From Planctomycetota bacterium (lineage in GTDB: Bacteria > Planctomycetota > GCA-002687715 > DRQF01), in assembly GCA_024275615.1 (NCBI GenBank), contig JAJRYU010000388.1, positions 1-37,906 on the forward strand: 37,906 nt of DNA, given 5' to 3'. The notes under the pieces were generated by a model. The model was not told the DNA's origin. It saw only the letters and a program-made list of their open reading frames with translations, and made no database searches. The translations under genes were made by a program, and so were the position numbers. Positions 20,004 to 29,755 of this stretch are shown one piece after another (the first letter of the stretch is position 1; each line of letters starts with the position of its first letter).

Positions 20004-20438
20004 TCACTCAGACCTATCTGATCCATCGGCATGCAGTCGCATGAAGGTGACTGGCCTCAATTCAGAAGTGAAACCCCAACGCTCATAGTACGGGACCATG
20101 TTCTCAAGACAGTAAAGCTCAAAGTGCCCCACTTTCTTGAAGTCATCATGTTTGAGAATTCTTTCCATCAGTTCCTTGCCGAGTCCAGAATCACGGTGGA
20201 GAGGATGAACCACTACGTCCATGATCAATGCCTTAAACACCCAGTCACTTAGTACGCGAGCGAAGGCAATGAGTTCCTCACTTCCATCTTCGATCAAAGC
20301 AAAAATGAAGTCGGTGTGCTTAAGCATCTCCTCTACATCGCCAAGATCTCGCGTGTTAGTCCACCATTCATTCTGGAAGAGCTGGTGGAGCTTTCGAATC
20401 TGCTTGGGTGACAGTTGGTCGACGCTGTGATGCGACAT
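20004..20438 (-). CDS. GNAT family N-acetyltransferase
   Basis: LIAFARV, IMDVVVHP.HR..GLGK.LM and YYERWGF. GGAG precedes ATG 20438 (alternative GTG 20477). Confidence 0.85.
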   Translation of the reverse strand: MSHHSVDQLSPKQIRKLHQLFQNEWWTNTRDLGDVEEMLKHTDFIFALIEDGSEELIAFARVLSDWVFKALIMDVVVHPLHRDSGLGKELMERILKHDDFKKVGHFELYCLENMVPYYERWGFTSELRPVTFMRLHADGSDRSE

Positions 20439-20466
20439 GATTTCTCCAGGCAAGAGCGTTTTTCTC

Positions 20467-21228
20467 TTATCGGACACTCAGACCCAAGGTGTAAGACAAG
20501 ATGGCAGCGGCAGCTGTAACATTGAGCGACTCCGTCTTCCTGTCCATCGGTATCGTGACATCGATGAGGGTAAGCCCCTCTGAACCATCTCGAGGTCCAT
20601 GAGCTTCGTTGCCCAACCACAACCCACGTCGCTGGGGAACATCTAATTGAGCCGCTTGCACCCCACCTCTCGCAACCGCCCGAAAAAATGTTGGCCAGGC
20701 ATGGGCGGGATCGAGAAACCCTTGAGCGACCTGAAGCCGTAGAAGAGCACCCGCCGAGGCTCGCAAGGACTTGGGAGAATAGGGATCGGCGCAGTCCGGG
20801 CTGAGAACTAGAAGATCGCAACCAAAGGCGGCGATGCTTCTAGCGATTGTTCCCAAATTTCCAGGATTGGCGATGTGATCGAGATAGACAACAAATCGAC
20901 TTTTCTCAACTTCGCAATCGTCGCACACCAGGTCAATCAACCGAGGCGCGTTCGCGACGGCGACAACGCCAAAGGAGGACTTCACGTCGCAGAGCTTGTG
21001 AAAATACTCATGAGAGCAAGGGGTCACAGGGATCTCGTTACCCGCGAGCTTTCCTATCTGAGCCCCTTCGACGCCTTCACAAAGGATCAGTTCCTCCACC
21101 AAACCCAAGTTCACCCCCTCGGTGACGAGGGGTTTGGAATCCAAGAGAATCTTGCCTTCTAAGCGCCGACCCTTGGTGGTTAGCAGTTTCGCCAAGCGCT
21201 TGGCTCTATCTTTGCCCAAAGGCTCCAT
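20467..21228 (-). CDS. TrmH/SpoU family RNA 2'-O-methyltransferase
   Basis: SPOUT motifs LDHIANPGNLGTIARS, LGNEAHG and IPM....ESLNV. Confidence 0.9.
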   Translation of the reverse strand: MEPLGKDRAKRLAKLLTTKGRRLEGKILLDSKPLVTEGVNLGLVEELILCEGVEGAQIGKLAGNEIPVTPCSHEYFHKLCDVKSSFGVVAVANAPRLIDLVCDDCEVEKSRFVVYLDHIANPGNLGTIARSIAAFGCDLLVLSPDCADPYSPKSLRASAGALLRLQVAQGFLDPAHAWPTFFRAVARGGVQAAQLDVPQRRGLWLGNEAHGPRDGSEGLTLIDVTIPMDRKTESLNVTAAAAILSYTLGLSVR

Positions 21229-21317
21229 GTTCTATCTCCGGAGTAGTCGCGAGGTACAATCTACTCGCTCGGATGCGTCCGGAGAAGGTTTCAAGGCCAA
21301 GAGAAAGCGGCTCGGCC

Positions 21318-21977
21318 TCAAGTAAGACACGCCCGCAAGCGATTTTCCACCGCAGCCCAGTTGATGTGATCAGTAAAGGCGTCGACATAATCTCCTTTGC
21401 GATTCTGGAAATCGAGGTAGTACGCGTGCTCGTACATGTCAACAACAACCAGAGGCACACCAGAACACGCGAGCCCGTCGTCATGGGAATCAGTAGCAAC
21501 ATTGTAGAGTTTCCCGTTCACAGGGTGCCAGGCCAACATGGCCCAACCACGGCAAGACTTGGCTGCCGATCGAAAGTCCTCTAACCAGCGATCGGTGGTG
21601 CCAAAGCGTTTCTTGATCAGCGCCCCCATTGTCTTCTCAACACTCTGTTTCTTGGCGGTCATGTTTTCGAAATAGAGTTCGTGCAACAGGACACTATTGG
21701 CCTTGGCGATACGCTGGCGTTGGTTGCCGAAGAGCCCCTGGTCCAACTTCACAAACCCTCTCAGTGCCCCGCCGTAGTGTGACTCATGGTGCCAACGCAG
21801 CTGCTCTTTACTTAAGAACTTGCCAAGTTCCTCGTAAGGAAGAGGCACGGGTTTGCCGGTTTTCAATCCAGACGAGACTGATTCCGTCGCCCGTCTGCCA
21901 GTCAAGCATAACGGCAACCCAACTCCCGCTCCGGTTACGGCTGCATAGCCCATGAACTTTCGGCGTGAGACTTTCAT
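21318..21977 (-). CDS. Fe/Mn superoxide dismutase family protein (ChrC-like) with twin-arginine signal
   Basis: SRRKFMG Tat motif, PLPY, WHHESHY, NSVLLHELYFEN and DMYEHAYYLDF. AAGGAG RBS. Confidence 0.85.
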   Translation of the reverse strand: MKVSRRKFMGYAAVTGAGVGLPLCLTGRRATESVSSGLKTGKPVPLPYEELGKFLSKEQLRWHHESHYGGALRGFVKLDQGLFGNQRQRIAKANSVLLHELYFENMTAKKQSVEKTMGALIKKRFGTTDRWLEDFRSAAKSCRGWAMLAWHPVNGKLYNVATDSHDDGLACSGVPLVVVDMYEHAYYLDFQNRKGDYVDAFTDHINWAAVENRLRACLT

Positions 21978-22072
21978 GACTTTTCTCCTTCAATTTTGGC
22001 AAGAACATTGTCGGCGGGCCGAGCCAAACTCAGATTTTCCGTTGGTGTGGAATTGTCGAGTCAGCCGGACTT

Positions 22073-22630
22073 CTACTTCAGTCGGCAAAGGTAGATTTTG
22101 CGATCTTTGCCGGTGAGATTCAGCTTGAATATGCTGTCACCGATTTTCCCCAAGCTCTTGTGGGCACCGTAGAGAATAGCCTGGGGGGTGCCATTTCTGG
22201 ACTTTGAGACTTTCGAAATGATGGCAGAGTGGCCAAACCATGTGCCGTCTTTTTTCTTCATCCAATACTGAATGAAGTCGCCTGCTTGCGCTTTCTTCGG
22301 CTCAACAACTTTGCCCAGTTTGAGAATGTCCACAACGGCTCGCTGGATACCCTTCGTCTTGGCGTCGTTCTTCTCAACCGACTTAGAGAGATCTTTGAAC
22401 TTGTAATTGATGAGAACAGCCAATCGGACGTCCTTCTTGAGTGTCCGCTTGGTTTCTTTCTCCAGCACGGCGAGAACAAACTGAACGCAATCAACTTGCT
22501 TTTTCGACGCTGAAGAACCATAGGTCCAACCGTCGAATTTCGTAGCAGCCAACTTCTTGGCTGTGTCCAAGGGAGTCTTTGCAACTCCGGCTATTGCGAT
22601 CAGGACAAGAGAAACAGCAAGTGTCTTCAT
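22073..22630 (-). CDS. Secreted lysine-rich NlpC/P60-like (papain-fold) Cys-His hydrolase candidate
   Basis: Signal peptide; YG...VDCVQFV, AQAGDFIQYW, GHSAII and YGAH. GGAG precedes ATG 22630. Confidence 0.5.
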   Translation of the reverse strand: MKTLAVSLVLIAIAGVAKTPLDTAKKLAATKFDGWTYGSSASKKQVDCVQFVLAVLEKETKRTLKKDVRLAVLINYKFKDLSKSVEKNDAKTKGIQRAVVDILKLGKVVEPKKAQAGDFIQYWMKKKDGTWFGHSAIISKVSKSRNGTPQAILYGAHKSLGKIGDSIFKLNLTGKDRKIYLCRLK

Positions 22631-22669
22631 GAAAATCTCCAGCCCGACAACCACAATCGGCAGCGCTCG

Positions 22670-22678
22670 ATCATAGCA
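22670..22678 (-). promoter_or_regulatory. Extended -10 promoter element TGcTATGAT
   Basis: TGn + TATGAT lies about 40 nt upstream of ATG 22630. Confidence 0.35.
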
Positions 22679-22782
22679 CAACTGAGACGTACAGAAGGTC
22701 GTCCAAGGGCTCAGTCTCTATCTGGTCAGTGACACGACTCGTGGCTGCCAACGCCACCATGACCATAATCATCGAGAACAGT

Positions 22783-24585
22783 TTACTCCGCCTTGTAGAC
22801 CACCATATTCGTGGGCACATAGACCCCCGGTGCCTCTTCAACAACTCCTTGGAAGGTGAGTGTCAAAGGAAAGAGGATTGCCGGGAAGGGAATCGAAACC
22901 CAAGGTGTTGGAGTGGAAACGACAAATTGGGGACAGAAACTCCCCAAATTATTGGTCAAGGTAAAGAGGCTGGGCAAGAAGGGAAACAAGGGACAAGGAG
23001 CGAACGTCATCTCGCCAATGCCCAATGGCACGGTGGTGATCGATTGCTCGGTCGCCTCTCCGAATAGGCCAAAAATCGCGAAGCCGGCCGGTGAAGCAAG
23101 ATTCGGTGGCTGCAACATCGACACGGTAGAAGAAGTTCCCAAAGGAACCGTGACCGTGCGAAAGGCGTCTCCAGAGGAACCATTCACTTGAAGCACGTCA
23201 AGAGGGCCGTTGCTATTTGCCCCGACCTGTCCCCAGGATGATGGGTGATAGCTTATGTGCTGGCCCTCGTAGCAGCCTAGGTCGACCTCGCTGTATCGTA
23301 CCCGCGGTACTCCATCGAGTTCATTTGTTGTGGCAAAATTGGGGGATGGCGGGATTAGGTTCACCGACGTTCCACCATCAACTCCAACCGTTCCAGGCTT
23401 CAAACGGTAGTTTCCGTTTACAGCGTCGATAAATTCTGGTTTCACGAGAGTGGCTGAATTGGCGATCGTCTCTACAATGGAGTTCGTTAGGACCGTGGTC
23501 GCTCCATTGGCCAGGAATACACCATCAACCGCATTACCAAACGCATCAACATTATTCACGAAAATACTGTTCTCGATTTGCAAGGCCGAGGCCAGTCCTG
23601 CCTGTCCGCTGAAGGTCACAACACCAAAGGGAGAAACATCCATTTGGTTGTCGACAAAGGTGCAATTTCGGATGGTGCGCGAACTACCGCCACCAAAACC
23701 GAGAACAAGAGCCCCTCCGAAATTCTGGGCAAAGAGACAATTCTCGATCACAGTTGGAAAGACACCACCAACCCAAAGAGCAGAAGCTGTGGGCAAAAGG
23801 CAAGTGCCGCTGACAAATGAACAATTCCTCACCCTCATGTCTATGGGTATGCCATTGGCGTTAGAACCGTTGAGATAGATGCCCGAGTAGGCTAGGACAG
23901 AGTTGTTCAAGAAATCAGTGCGGGCAAAGTCGCCACTGCAATTGTTCAAGCCAACTACGGCAAAAGCTGCGGGTACATTGTGATTCTCGATGAGACTCTT
24001 GCGAACGATAATTTTCGTGTAGCCGTCGGCTCCGTGAATGGCGGCTCCTAGGGGCAAGGGATCTGTGGCATTGTTGTTGTGAATGTGGCAATTCCAGAAA
24101 AACACATTGCCACCGTAGCGAACATAGGCGCCCCCGCCGTCGGTGGCGGTGTTCAAAGTAATCTCGCAACTATTAAACCTTGGAGAAATGAGCGGACCGA
24201 ATTGGCCGAGGCTGTTATTGATGTAGATCGCGCCGCCAAACTTGCTCACGCCAGGCCCTTCTCCAATCCCATTGGTCAAAGTGAATCCTTCGATCACCAT
24301 AGCGTTGGTCACTGGGCCTTGTAGAAATTTGATACACGAGGCGGTTTGATTGCCATCAATAATGCTCAAGCCCGATCCCGCACCCAGGAGAAGGAAATTC
24401 TTCGCAGGAAAAACGAGGTTCTCAAGATAGGTTCCGGCAGCCACCAGCACTGTGTCGCCCGCTGCGGCCCCGTTGATGGCGGATTGAATCGTCGAGTAGG
24501 ACGCACTGGGGACGTTCAAAGTTGCTTGAGACAGAAGCGGCAAGGCAAGAGCAAAAACAAAGCACAAGACAGCGATCATTCTCAT
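22783..24585 (-). CDS. Secreted right-handed parallel beta-helix (pectin lyase-like) protein
   Basis: Signal peptide; VP..YSTIQSAI..A..GDTVLVAAGTY.E, IEGFTLTNG, GGAI/GGG repeats, P.F.D...GNYRL..G...VDGG and D.G.YE. Start ATG 24585/24579 preferred over 24690. Confidence 0.8.
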   Translation of the reverse strand: MRMIAVLCFVFALALPLLSQATLNVPSASYSTIQSAINGAAAGDTVLVAAGTYLENLVFPAKNFLLLGAGSGLSIIDGNQTASCIKFLQGPVTNAMVIEGFTLTNGIGEGPGVSKFGGAIYINNSLGQFGPLISPRFNSCEITLNTATDGGGAYVRYGGNVFFWNCHIHNNNATDPLPLGAAIHGADGYTKIIVRKSLIENHNVPAAFAVVGLNNCSGDFARTDFLNNSVLAYSGIYLNGSNANGIPIDMRVRNCSFVSGTCLLPTASALWVGGVFPTVIENCLFAQNFGGALVLGFGGGSSRTIRNCTFVDNQMDVSPFGVVTFSGQAGLASALQIENSIFVNNVDAFGNAVDGVFLANGATTVLTNSIVETIANSATLVKPEFIDAVNGNYRLKPGTVGVDGGTSVNLIPPSPNFATTNELDGVPRVRYSEVDLGCYEGQHISYHPSSWGQVGANSNGPLDVLQVNGSSGDAFRTVTVPLGTSSTVSMLQPPNLASPAGFAIFGLFGEATEQSITTVPLGIGEMTFAPCPLFPFLPSLFTLTNNLGSFCPQFVVSTPTPWVSIPFPAILFPLTLTFQGVVEEAPGVYVPTNMVVYKAE

Positions 24586-24726
24586 GAAATCTCTCCAGCA
24601 CTCGGAGTCTTCACATAGTTGGCCTGTGCCACTGATTGTAGCGGCAATGAAACAGAGAGTATCAGGCCGCAACGGCACCGCAAAGTACATAGTGCATTGT
24701 TCAGTAAGAAACTATGAAACGCCGTG

Positions 24727-26505
24727 TCACGGCGCCATTTTGACCATAAGCAGTTTCTTCTTGCGAGCCTCAATGACGAAATCGAGCTCTTCGACGACAT
24801 CCTTAGCTGCGATTCTCAGATGATAGGTGCCCGGGGCCAAGAGGCTCGAGGTGATGGTGCTTATGAAAGCTCCCTGTGCGACTTCGGCGTCGAAGTAGTC
24901 TGGGTCAGCCCCCACGCCCGCTCGAAAAACGACCTCGCGTTTTCTGTCGACGATTTCAAGCATCGTTTCAAACACCGAGATCTGTTCTGAGTCAACCTCG
25001 ATTTCGACCCGACCGCCGTCACGGGTCAGGGCGGTCACAGGGTATTGTCTACTGTTCTCAAGCTCCAATTCGACAACTTCAAAATAGAGAAACCTCGTTG
25101 TTTCATCGCGCAGAGCGGGCTTGATTTTCAGAAGAAAAGGCCCTTCTTTGAGAAGAGGCACCGTCACACGAAAGAGGCCGTCGATGTCTTTCTTGGCCCG
25201 GAATTTCATTGTCTCGGCGACACTTAAAAGTGTATCGGCCCGCATATCCGCGAGAACACCACGATTGGAGTATCGCTTGGCAAGATCGTCGCCAGCGTTC
25301 TTGGCGAAACCTCCTACACTCGCCGGTAAGATCGCAACGCGGAGAGTATCGAGTCCTTTCCGCAACCCTTCCGGAACACTCAAGACAAGCTCGGCTGTTT
25401 TCGCACTTGTGAGTCTTGCCGTGAGCTCAATGTTCTGTCCTACCTGTGGTGAAAGAGCGCGCTCGGTCCAGACGTCAAAGAAGGGATGCGTGATGGTCAC
25501 TTCGAAGGACGTGTTTGGACGCACATAGGCGCTCATGAAATTGTATTCATTAATGACCTGCTTGAGTGTGGTTTGCGACCCAAGATCGAGAATCTCAACT
25601 TTGGCACCAGCCGCGACAAGGCCCAGAGTATTGACAGAAAGATGCAACATCGAAAAGTCGAGGTCGAAACGAACATCATGATCAGGAGCTTTGATCCTCT
25701 TTTCAAGGACAACGTCTAGTCCCGGATGAGCTTCGCGAAAACGGAAACCGTCTATCGTCACACGATGCGTGCCCGCGGCAAGTCCAACTAAGACGAAGGA
25801 ACCGTCCGACAAGGAAGTGGCCTTGGCATGCTTGTTTTCGGCTTTGCCGTTGAGCCAGAATATCTCCTCTCCACATCCAAGAAGTCCAGATGTGCCAAAA
25901 CGGAGATCGGATGAGATGCCTTGGGCGAAAGAGGCTCGGCCGCCGGCGAATACAAATCCTTCTATCTTCTTGCCGACGGTGAGTTGCAAGATCAAATCGC
26001 TGAACACTTCACCTTTTGGGGCCACGAAAGTCGCAGGGCGCCAATTCTCATGCCTGGCAATGACCGCATATGACTCAAACGTCTGAAACACGGAGCTGGC
26101 TATCGTGAAGAATCCCAGGTTGTCAGTCTGAGTGAAGAAGATCGCATGCTGGCGTGGTGTTTCCCCTTCCATTTGGAAGATGGCAACGAAGGCATTTTCG
26201 ACGGGACGACCTTGGGGGCCAACGACATGACCGCTCAGTGAATCCTTGACTTTTCCAGGAAGAACTTCAGTGACTCCGAGTTTCTTCTCATTCGCGGCAA
26301 GGGCCAAATGGGGAGTGTCGTTTCTCCTAGGAATGGCAGGGATGATCTGATCCTCTGATCGTCCATCCGGGGAAACAACGAGCACAGACACGTCGTCGTC
26401 AAACTTTCCCAAGAGAAACGCTGGACCGAGAAGACAAATAGCAACGAAGAGGAAGATCGTCGCCAAGAATCGTTTTCTTCTCTTATGTCCCTTTTCTATC
26501 TGCAT
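24727..26505 (-). CDS. Membrane-anchored carboxypeptidase-regulatory-like domain protein
   Basis: Basic N-terminus plus TM segment; LSGHVVGPQGRPVENAFV, TDNLGFF, DGSFVLVGLAAGTH and PGTYHL. Confidence 0.65.
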   Translation of the reverse strand: MQIEKGHKRRKRFLATIFLFVAICLLGPAFLLGKFDDDVSVLVVSPDGRSEDQIIPAIPRRNDTPHLALAANEKKLGVTEVLPGKVKDSLSGHVVGPQGRPVENAFVAIFQMEGETPRQHAIFFTQTDNLGFFTIASSVFQTFESYAVIARHENWRPATFVAPKGEVFSDLILQLTVGKKIEGFVFAGGRASFAQGISSDLRFGTSGLLGCGEEIFWLNGKAENKHAKATSLSDGSFVLVGLAAGTHRVTIDGFRFREAHPGLDVVLEKRIKAPDHDVRFDLDFSMLHLSVNTLGLVAAGAKVEILDLGSQTTLKQVINEYNFMSAYVRPNTSFEVTITHPFFDVWTERALSPQVGQNIELTARLTSAKTAELVLSVPEGLRKGLDTLRVAILPASVGGFAKNAGDDLAKRYSNRGVLADMRADTLLSVAETMKFRAKKDIDGLFRVTVPLLKEGPFLLKIKPALRDETTRFLYFEVVELELENSRQYPVTALTRDGGRVEIEVDSEQISVFETMLEIVDRKREVVFRAGVGADPDYFDAEVAQGAFISTITSSLLAPGTYHLRIAAKDVVEELDFVIEARKKKLLMVKMAP

Positions 26506-26683
26506 TTCCAGCTTCTTCGTATTGCCGCGATAACACGCCAAGATTAGGCCCGTTCACGTTAGCCTAATCGGGCCAAGAACCACAAGAGGCCCCACGATTG
26601 TCGCCTACTTGCGGACAAGATCTCTGTGATTCAAGTTGGCCCAGCAAGTAGGATCAACGTGTTTCCATGAAATGAACGCCCTA

Positions 26684-26692
26684 TGATAGAAT
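26684..26692 (+). promoter_or_regulatory. Extended -10 element TGaTAGAAT directly before the RluA-family start codon
   Basis: 6 nt separate the hexamer from ATG 26699; no Shine-Dalgarno. Confidence 0.5.
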
Positions 26693-26698
26693 CAAGCT

Positions 26699-27703
26699 AT
26701 GGCCAAAGACCTATCAAAACACCTTGAGGAAGTGCGGTTCTTCGCCAAACAAGAAGACTGCGATCTGCGCCTCGATCACTTCCTGGTTGACAAGGTCTTC
26801 TGGCGATCTCGAAGCGACATCCAAGAGCGCATCCGAAAGGGGGGCGTTCTACTCCGCGGCGTCAAGAGCAAACCATCGGCGAGGCTCCGCCTTGGCGATG
26901 AAGTCGTGGTCATCGTGCGTGCGGAAGATCTCCCCGACCAAGACCCGCAAGATATTCCCATTGCCCCTCTTTTTGAGAACGACAGCATCATCGTTGTCAA
27001 CAAGCAAGCCGGCATTTTGGTCCACCCTAGCGGACGCCACGTCTACGACACTTTGATTAATGCACTTCATCTTCGTTTCAAGAAGGAAAGAGGTTCCGCC
27101 GACGCCCACGTCGTCCATAGGCTCGACCGTGACACCAGCGGCGTCTTGGTCGTTGCCAAGACACAAGCGGCCAAGCAATACCTCCAGCAGGTCTTTCAGA
27201 ATCTACATCCTCGCAAGGAGTATTTGGCGATTGTCGAAGGCAGGATGACTCAGGACGAAGGCGAGATTACCGCAGCCATCGGCCCAGATGACAAGGCCGA
27301 AATTCGCATCAAGATGTGCATACGTGATGATGGCCAAAACTGTCGCAGCATTTGGAATGTCGAGGAACGATTCGAAAACCACACTCTGGTGCGAGTCCGC
27401 ATCGAGACTGGCCGACAACACCAAATTCGCGTCCATTTGGCACACATCAGCCATCCTATTGTGGCTGATCCTCTCTATGGCAATCCCATGAGTGTTGGTG
27501 TTCTTGGTGAAGCGCCGCTCTTGGAGCGCCAAGCCCTTCATGCAGCGTTCTTGGCCATAGAAATCCCCGGAGCATCCGGTATGCAGGAATTCCGGGCACC
27601 TCTTCCCAAAGACATGCAAGCTACAGTTGATCATCTGCGATTGGGGGGCGACCTTGTCGGATTGCGGGACATCCAATCGGCACGATGGCAACGAAATGAG
27701 TAA
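26699..27703 (+). CDS. RluA family pseudouridine synthase (RluD-like, with S4 domain)
   Basis: RLD.FL....SRS..Q..I..G.V, VNK.AG.LVHP, catalytic HRLDRDTSG, TGR.HQIRVHL, D.LYG and QALHA. Confidence 0.93.
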   Translation: MAKDLSKHLEEVRFFAKQEDCDLRLDHFLVDKVFWRSRSDIQERIRKGGVLLRGVKSKPSARLRLGDEVVVIVRAEDLPDQDPQDIPIAPLFENDSIIVVNKQAGILVHPSGRHVYDTLINALHLRFKKERGSADAHVVHRLDRDTSGVLVVAKTQAAKQYLQQVFQNLHPRKEYLAIVEGRMTQDEGEITAAIGPDDKAEIRIKMCIRDDGQNCRSIWNVEERFENHTLVRVRIETGRQHQIRVHLAHISHPIVADPLYGNPMSVGVLGEAPLLERQALHAAFLAIEIPGASGMQEFRAPLPKDMQATVDHLRLGGDLVGLRDIQSARWQRNE

Positions 27704-27724
27704 GTTTGGAGTCGCCTTAAACAG

Positions 27725-28219
27725 TCACGCCAGATGTTCGTTGGCATAGCGGACGTAACGAGCTGCGTCGTATTTGATTCGAGCCACCTCCTCGTCAGTT
27801 ACTTGACGCACGATGCGCCCTGTGACCCCCATGACCATCGAACGTGGCGGAATTTTGGTCCCTTCGGGCACCAAGGCACCGGCAGCGATAATGCACTCTT
27901 CGCCAATCTCACTGCCGGTGAGAAGGACTGCTTTGATGCCAATGAGACAGGAGTCCCCCACCTTGGTGCAATGAATGACAGCACCATGGCCAATAACAAC
28001 CCCGGAGCCGACCTCAACGTCTTGCTCGTGCATGGGGTGAATCATGACTAAGTCCTGAACGTTGGTTCTGGCGCCAATACGAATGGCCGCCACATCACCC
28101 CTTATCACTGTCCCATACCAGACCGAGCAGTCTTCACCCAATGTGACATCGCCGACGACTGTACAGTTGTCGGCAAGAAAGGCACCGCCCTTTTTGATGA
28201 GATGTGGCTCACTACGCAT
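27725..28219 (-). CDS. Gamma carbonic anhydrase family (YrdA-like) hexapeptide-repeat protein
   Basis: VVGDV.LG..CSVW...VIRGD...IRIG..TNVQD...IH and GHGAVIH (three His ligands). Confidence 0.9.
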   Translation of the reverse strand: MRSEPHLIKKGGAFLADNCTVVGDVTLGEDCSVWYGTVIRGDVAAIRIGARTNVQDLVMIHPMHEQDVEVGSGVVIGHGAVIHCTKVGDSCLIGIKAVLLTGSEIGEECIIAAGALVPEGTKIPPRSMVMGVTGRIVRQVTDEEVARIKYDAARYVRYANEHLA

Positions 28220-28949
28220 CGATTCCCCCACTGACGATGAAGATGAATGTGATCAAGTTGTGCAATGTGTGAATCATCCAAGGCGCCCAAAACCCACGGG
28301 TTTTTTCGTAGACAACGCCCAGCAAGAGCCCCAAGCAAAAGACGGGAACGTAGACGGCACGTTCGTGAGCCAACATGAAAAACGCAGCAACAACTGGAAT
28401 GGCAATTCGGGCCGGAAATGCCCGACGCATCGCACCCTGAAAGAACCCCCGAAACAGAAACTCCTCAAACAGAGGAGCCGCGACGACCAACCCAAAGAAC
28501 ATGGCCGCCTTGGGAAAAAACGCATCTTGCGCTACGAGGTCCACGATTGCTTGCTGATCGGCATTCGGTTGCACGACGAACATCAATGGTAAAATGAGAA
28601 CATAGATAGCGATGCACAAAAGTGCAGTCCGGAGATCTTGTGGGCGCCAAGTGTGCATCGGATCCAGATCATGAACCATGGTTTTCAAGATGAGCAAGAA
28701 AACACCTACGCAGAAAAGACGAACACCTCCCACAGCCAAGTGCAGCAGAGCGAGGTTTCCCTCCAGTTTTGGAGACACAAAACTGACGGCAAACGCGTAA
28801 CCGAAATAGATAAGAAGCCCGAGAAGACCAAGAAGGACGGGTTCACCGTCAACCGGCCATTCCCCTGGCCACTTGTCGCGGCGCCACAGAAGGAACACGC
28901 CACCGGACGCCAATAGGACAGCGCCAACAAGCAACAGATCATGCCCCAT
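28212..28949 (-). CDS. CPBP (CAAX/Abi) family intramembrane glutamic endopeptidase
   Basis: Multi-TM protein with AP.FEEFLFRG, F..AH and H..HN. Confidence 0.9.
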   Translation of the reverse strand: MGHDLLLVGAVLLASGGVFLLWRRDKWPGEWPVDGEPVLLGLLGLLIYFGYAFAVSFVSPKLEGNLALLHLAVGGVRLFCVGVFLLILKTMVHDLDPMHTWRPQDLRTALLCIAIYVLILPLMFVVQPNADQQAIVDLVAQDAFFPKAAMFFGLVVAAPLFEEFLFRGFFQGAMRRAFPARIAIPVVAAFFMLAHERAVYVPVFCLGLLLGVVYEKTRGFWAPWMIHTLHNLITFIFIVSGGIDA

Positions 28950-28952
28950 GAT

Positions 28953-29753
28953 TCAACTATTCCGCGGCGAAGGTGCCATGAGGCCATCCGTTGGCGAGGA
29001 TGCGTTGGCATAGAGTTTCTTGGGAATTCGCCCGGCAAAAGCAGCGCGGCGCCCAGCAGTCACGGCATCGCGCATGGCCAACGCCATGCTGAGTGGGTCC
29101 CCAGCACAAGCAACAGCCGTATTGAGAAGAATGCCGTCGACACCGAGTTCCATGGCAAAAGCCGCATCAGAAGCTGTGCCAACACCAGCATCAATGACAA
29201 TGGGAACATCAACCGTCTCAAGGATGATGCGAATATTGTTGGGGTTCAGAACACCCTGCCCAGAACCAATAGGCGAACCTGCTGGCATGACACATGCGAC
29301 ACCGACATCAGCCAAGCGACGTGCCATGATTGGATCGTCGGAAGTGTAGACCATCACGGTGAATCCTTCTTTGACCAAGATCTCGGCTGCTTCCAAGGTT
29401 TGAATCGGTTCAGGTAGGAGCGTTTTCTGGTCGGAAAGGACCTCCAACTTGACAAGGTCGCTATCCAAAGCTTCACGCGCTAGTCGCAAGGTCCTTAAGG
29501 CATCGGTCGCCGTATAGCAGCCAGCCGTATTGGGCAAGAGCTTGTATTTGCTGAGATCAATATGATTCAGGAACGAACTGTCTGACTTGTCGCCGAGGTC
29601 GACCCGTCGCACAGCAACTGTCACGAGCTCGGTCTTGGACGCCGCTAAGCAGTCCACCATGAGTTCATTGGTTTCATATTTGCCGGTTCCCAAAAACAAG
29701 CGGGAACCGAAACTGTAGGCACCTATTTTGAGGGGTTCTTCGGCAGGATGCAT
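28953..29753 (-). CDS. thiG: Thiazole synthase
   Basis: [46 protein letters not shown] and ASSP. Confidence 0.97.
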   Translation of the reverse strand: MHPAEEPLKIGAYSFGSRLFLGTGKYETNELMVDCLAASKTELVTVAVRRVDLGDKSDSSFLNHIDLSKYKLLPNTAGCYTATDALRTLRLAREALDSDLVKLEVLSDQKTLLPEPIQTLEAAEILVKEGFTVMVYTSDDPIMARRLADVGVACVMPAGSPIGSGQGVLNPNNIRIILETVDVPIVIDAGVGTASDAAFAMELGVDGILLNTAVACAGDPLSMALAMRDAVTAGRRAAFAGRIPKKLYANASSPTDGLMAPSPRNS

Positions 29754-29755
29754 GG

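Noticed and set aside
21997-22011. TGGCAAGAACATTGT, close to a sigma54 -24/-12 site
   Set aside because: The -12 GC is GT, and it points on the + strand where no gene follows. I found no convincing sigma54 promoter in the window.
28212-28949. CPBP protease as a sorting enzyme for the secreted proteins' C-terminal tails
   Set aside because: Known CPBP-type sorting systems act on tails with a TM helix and basic cluster; the tails here have neither, and the genes are not linked.
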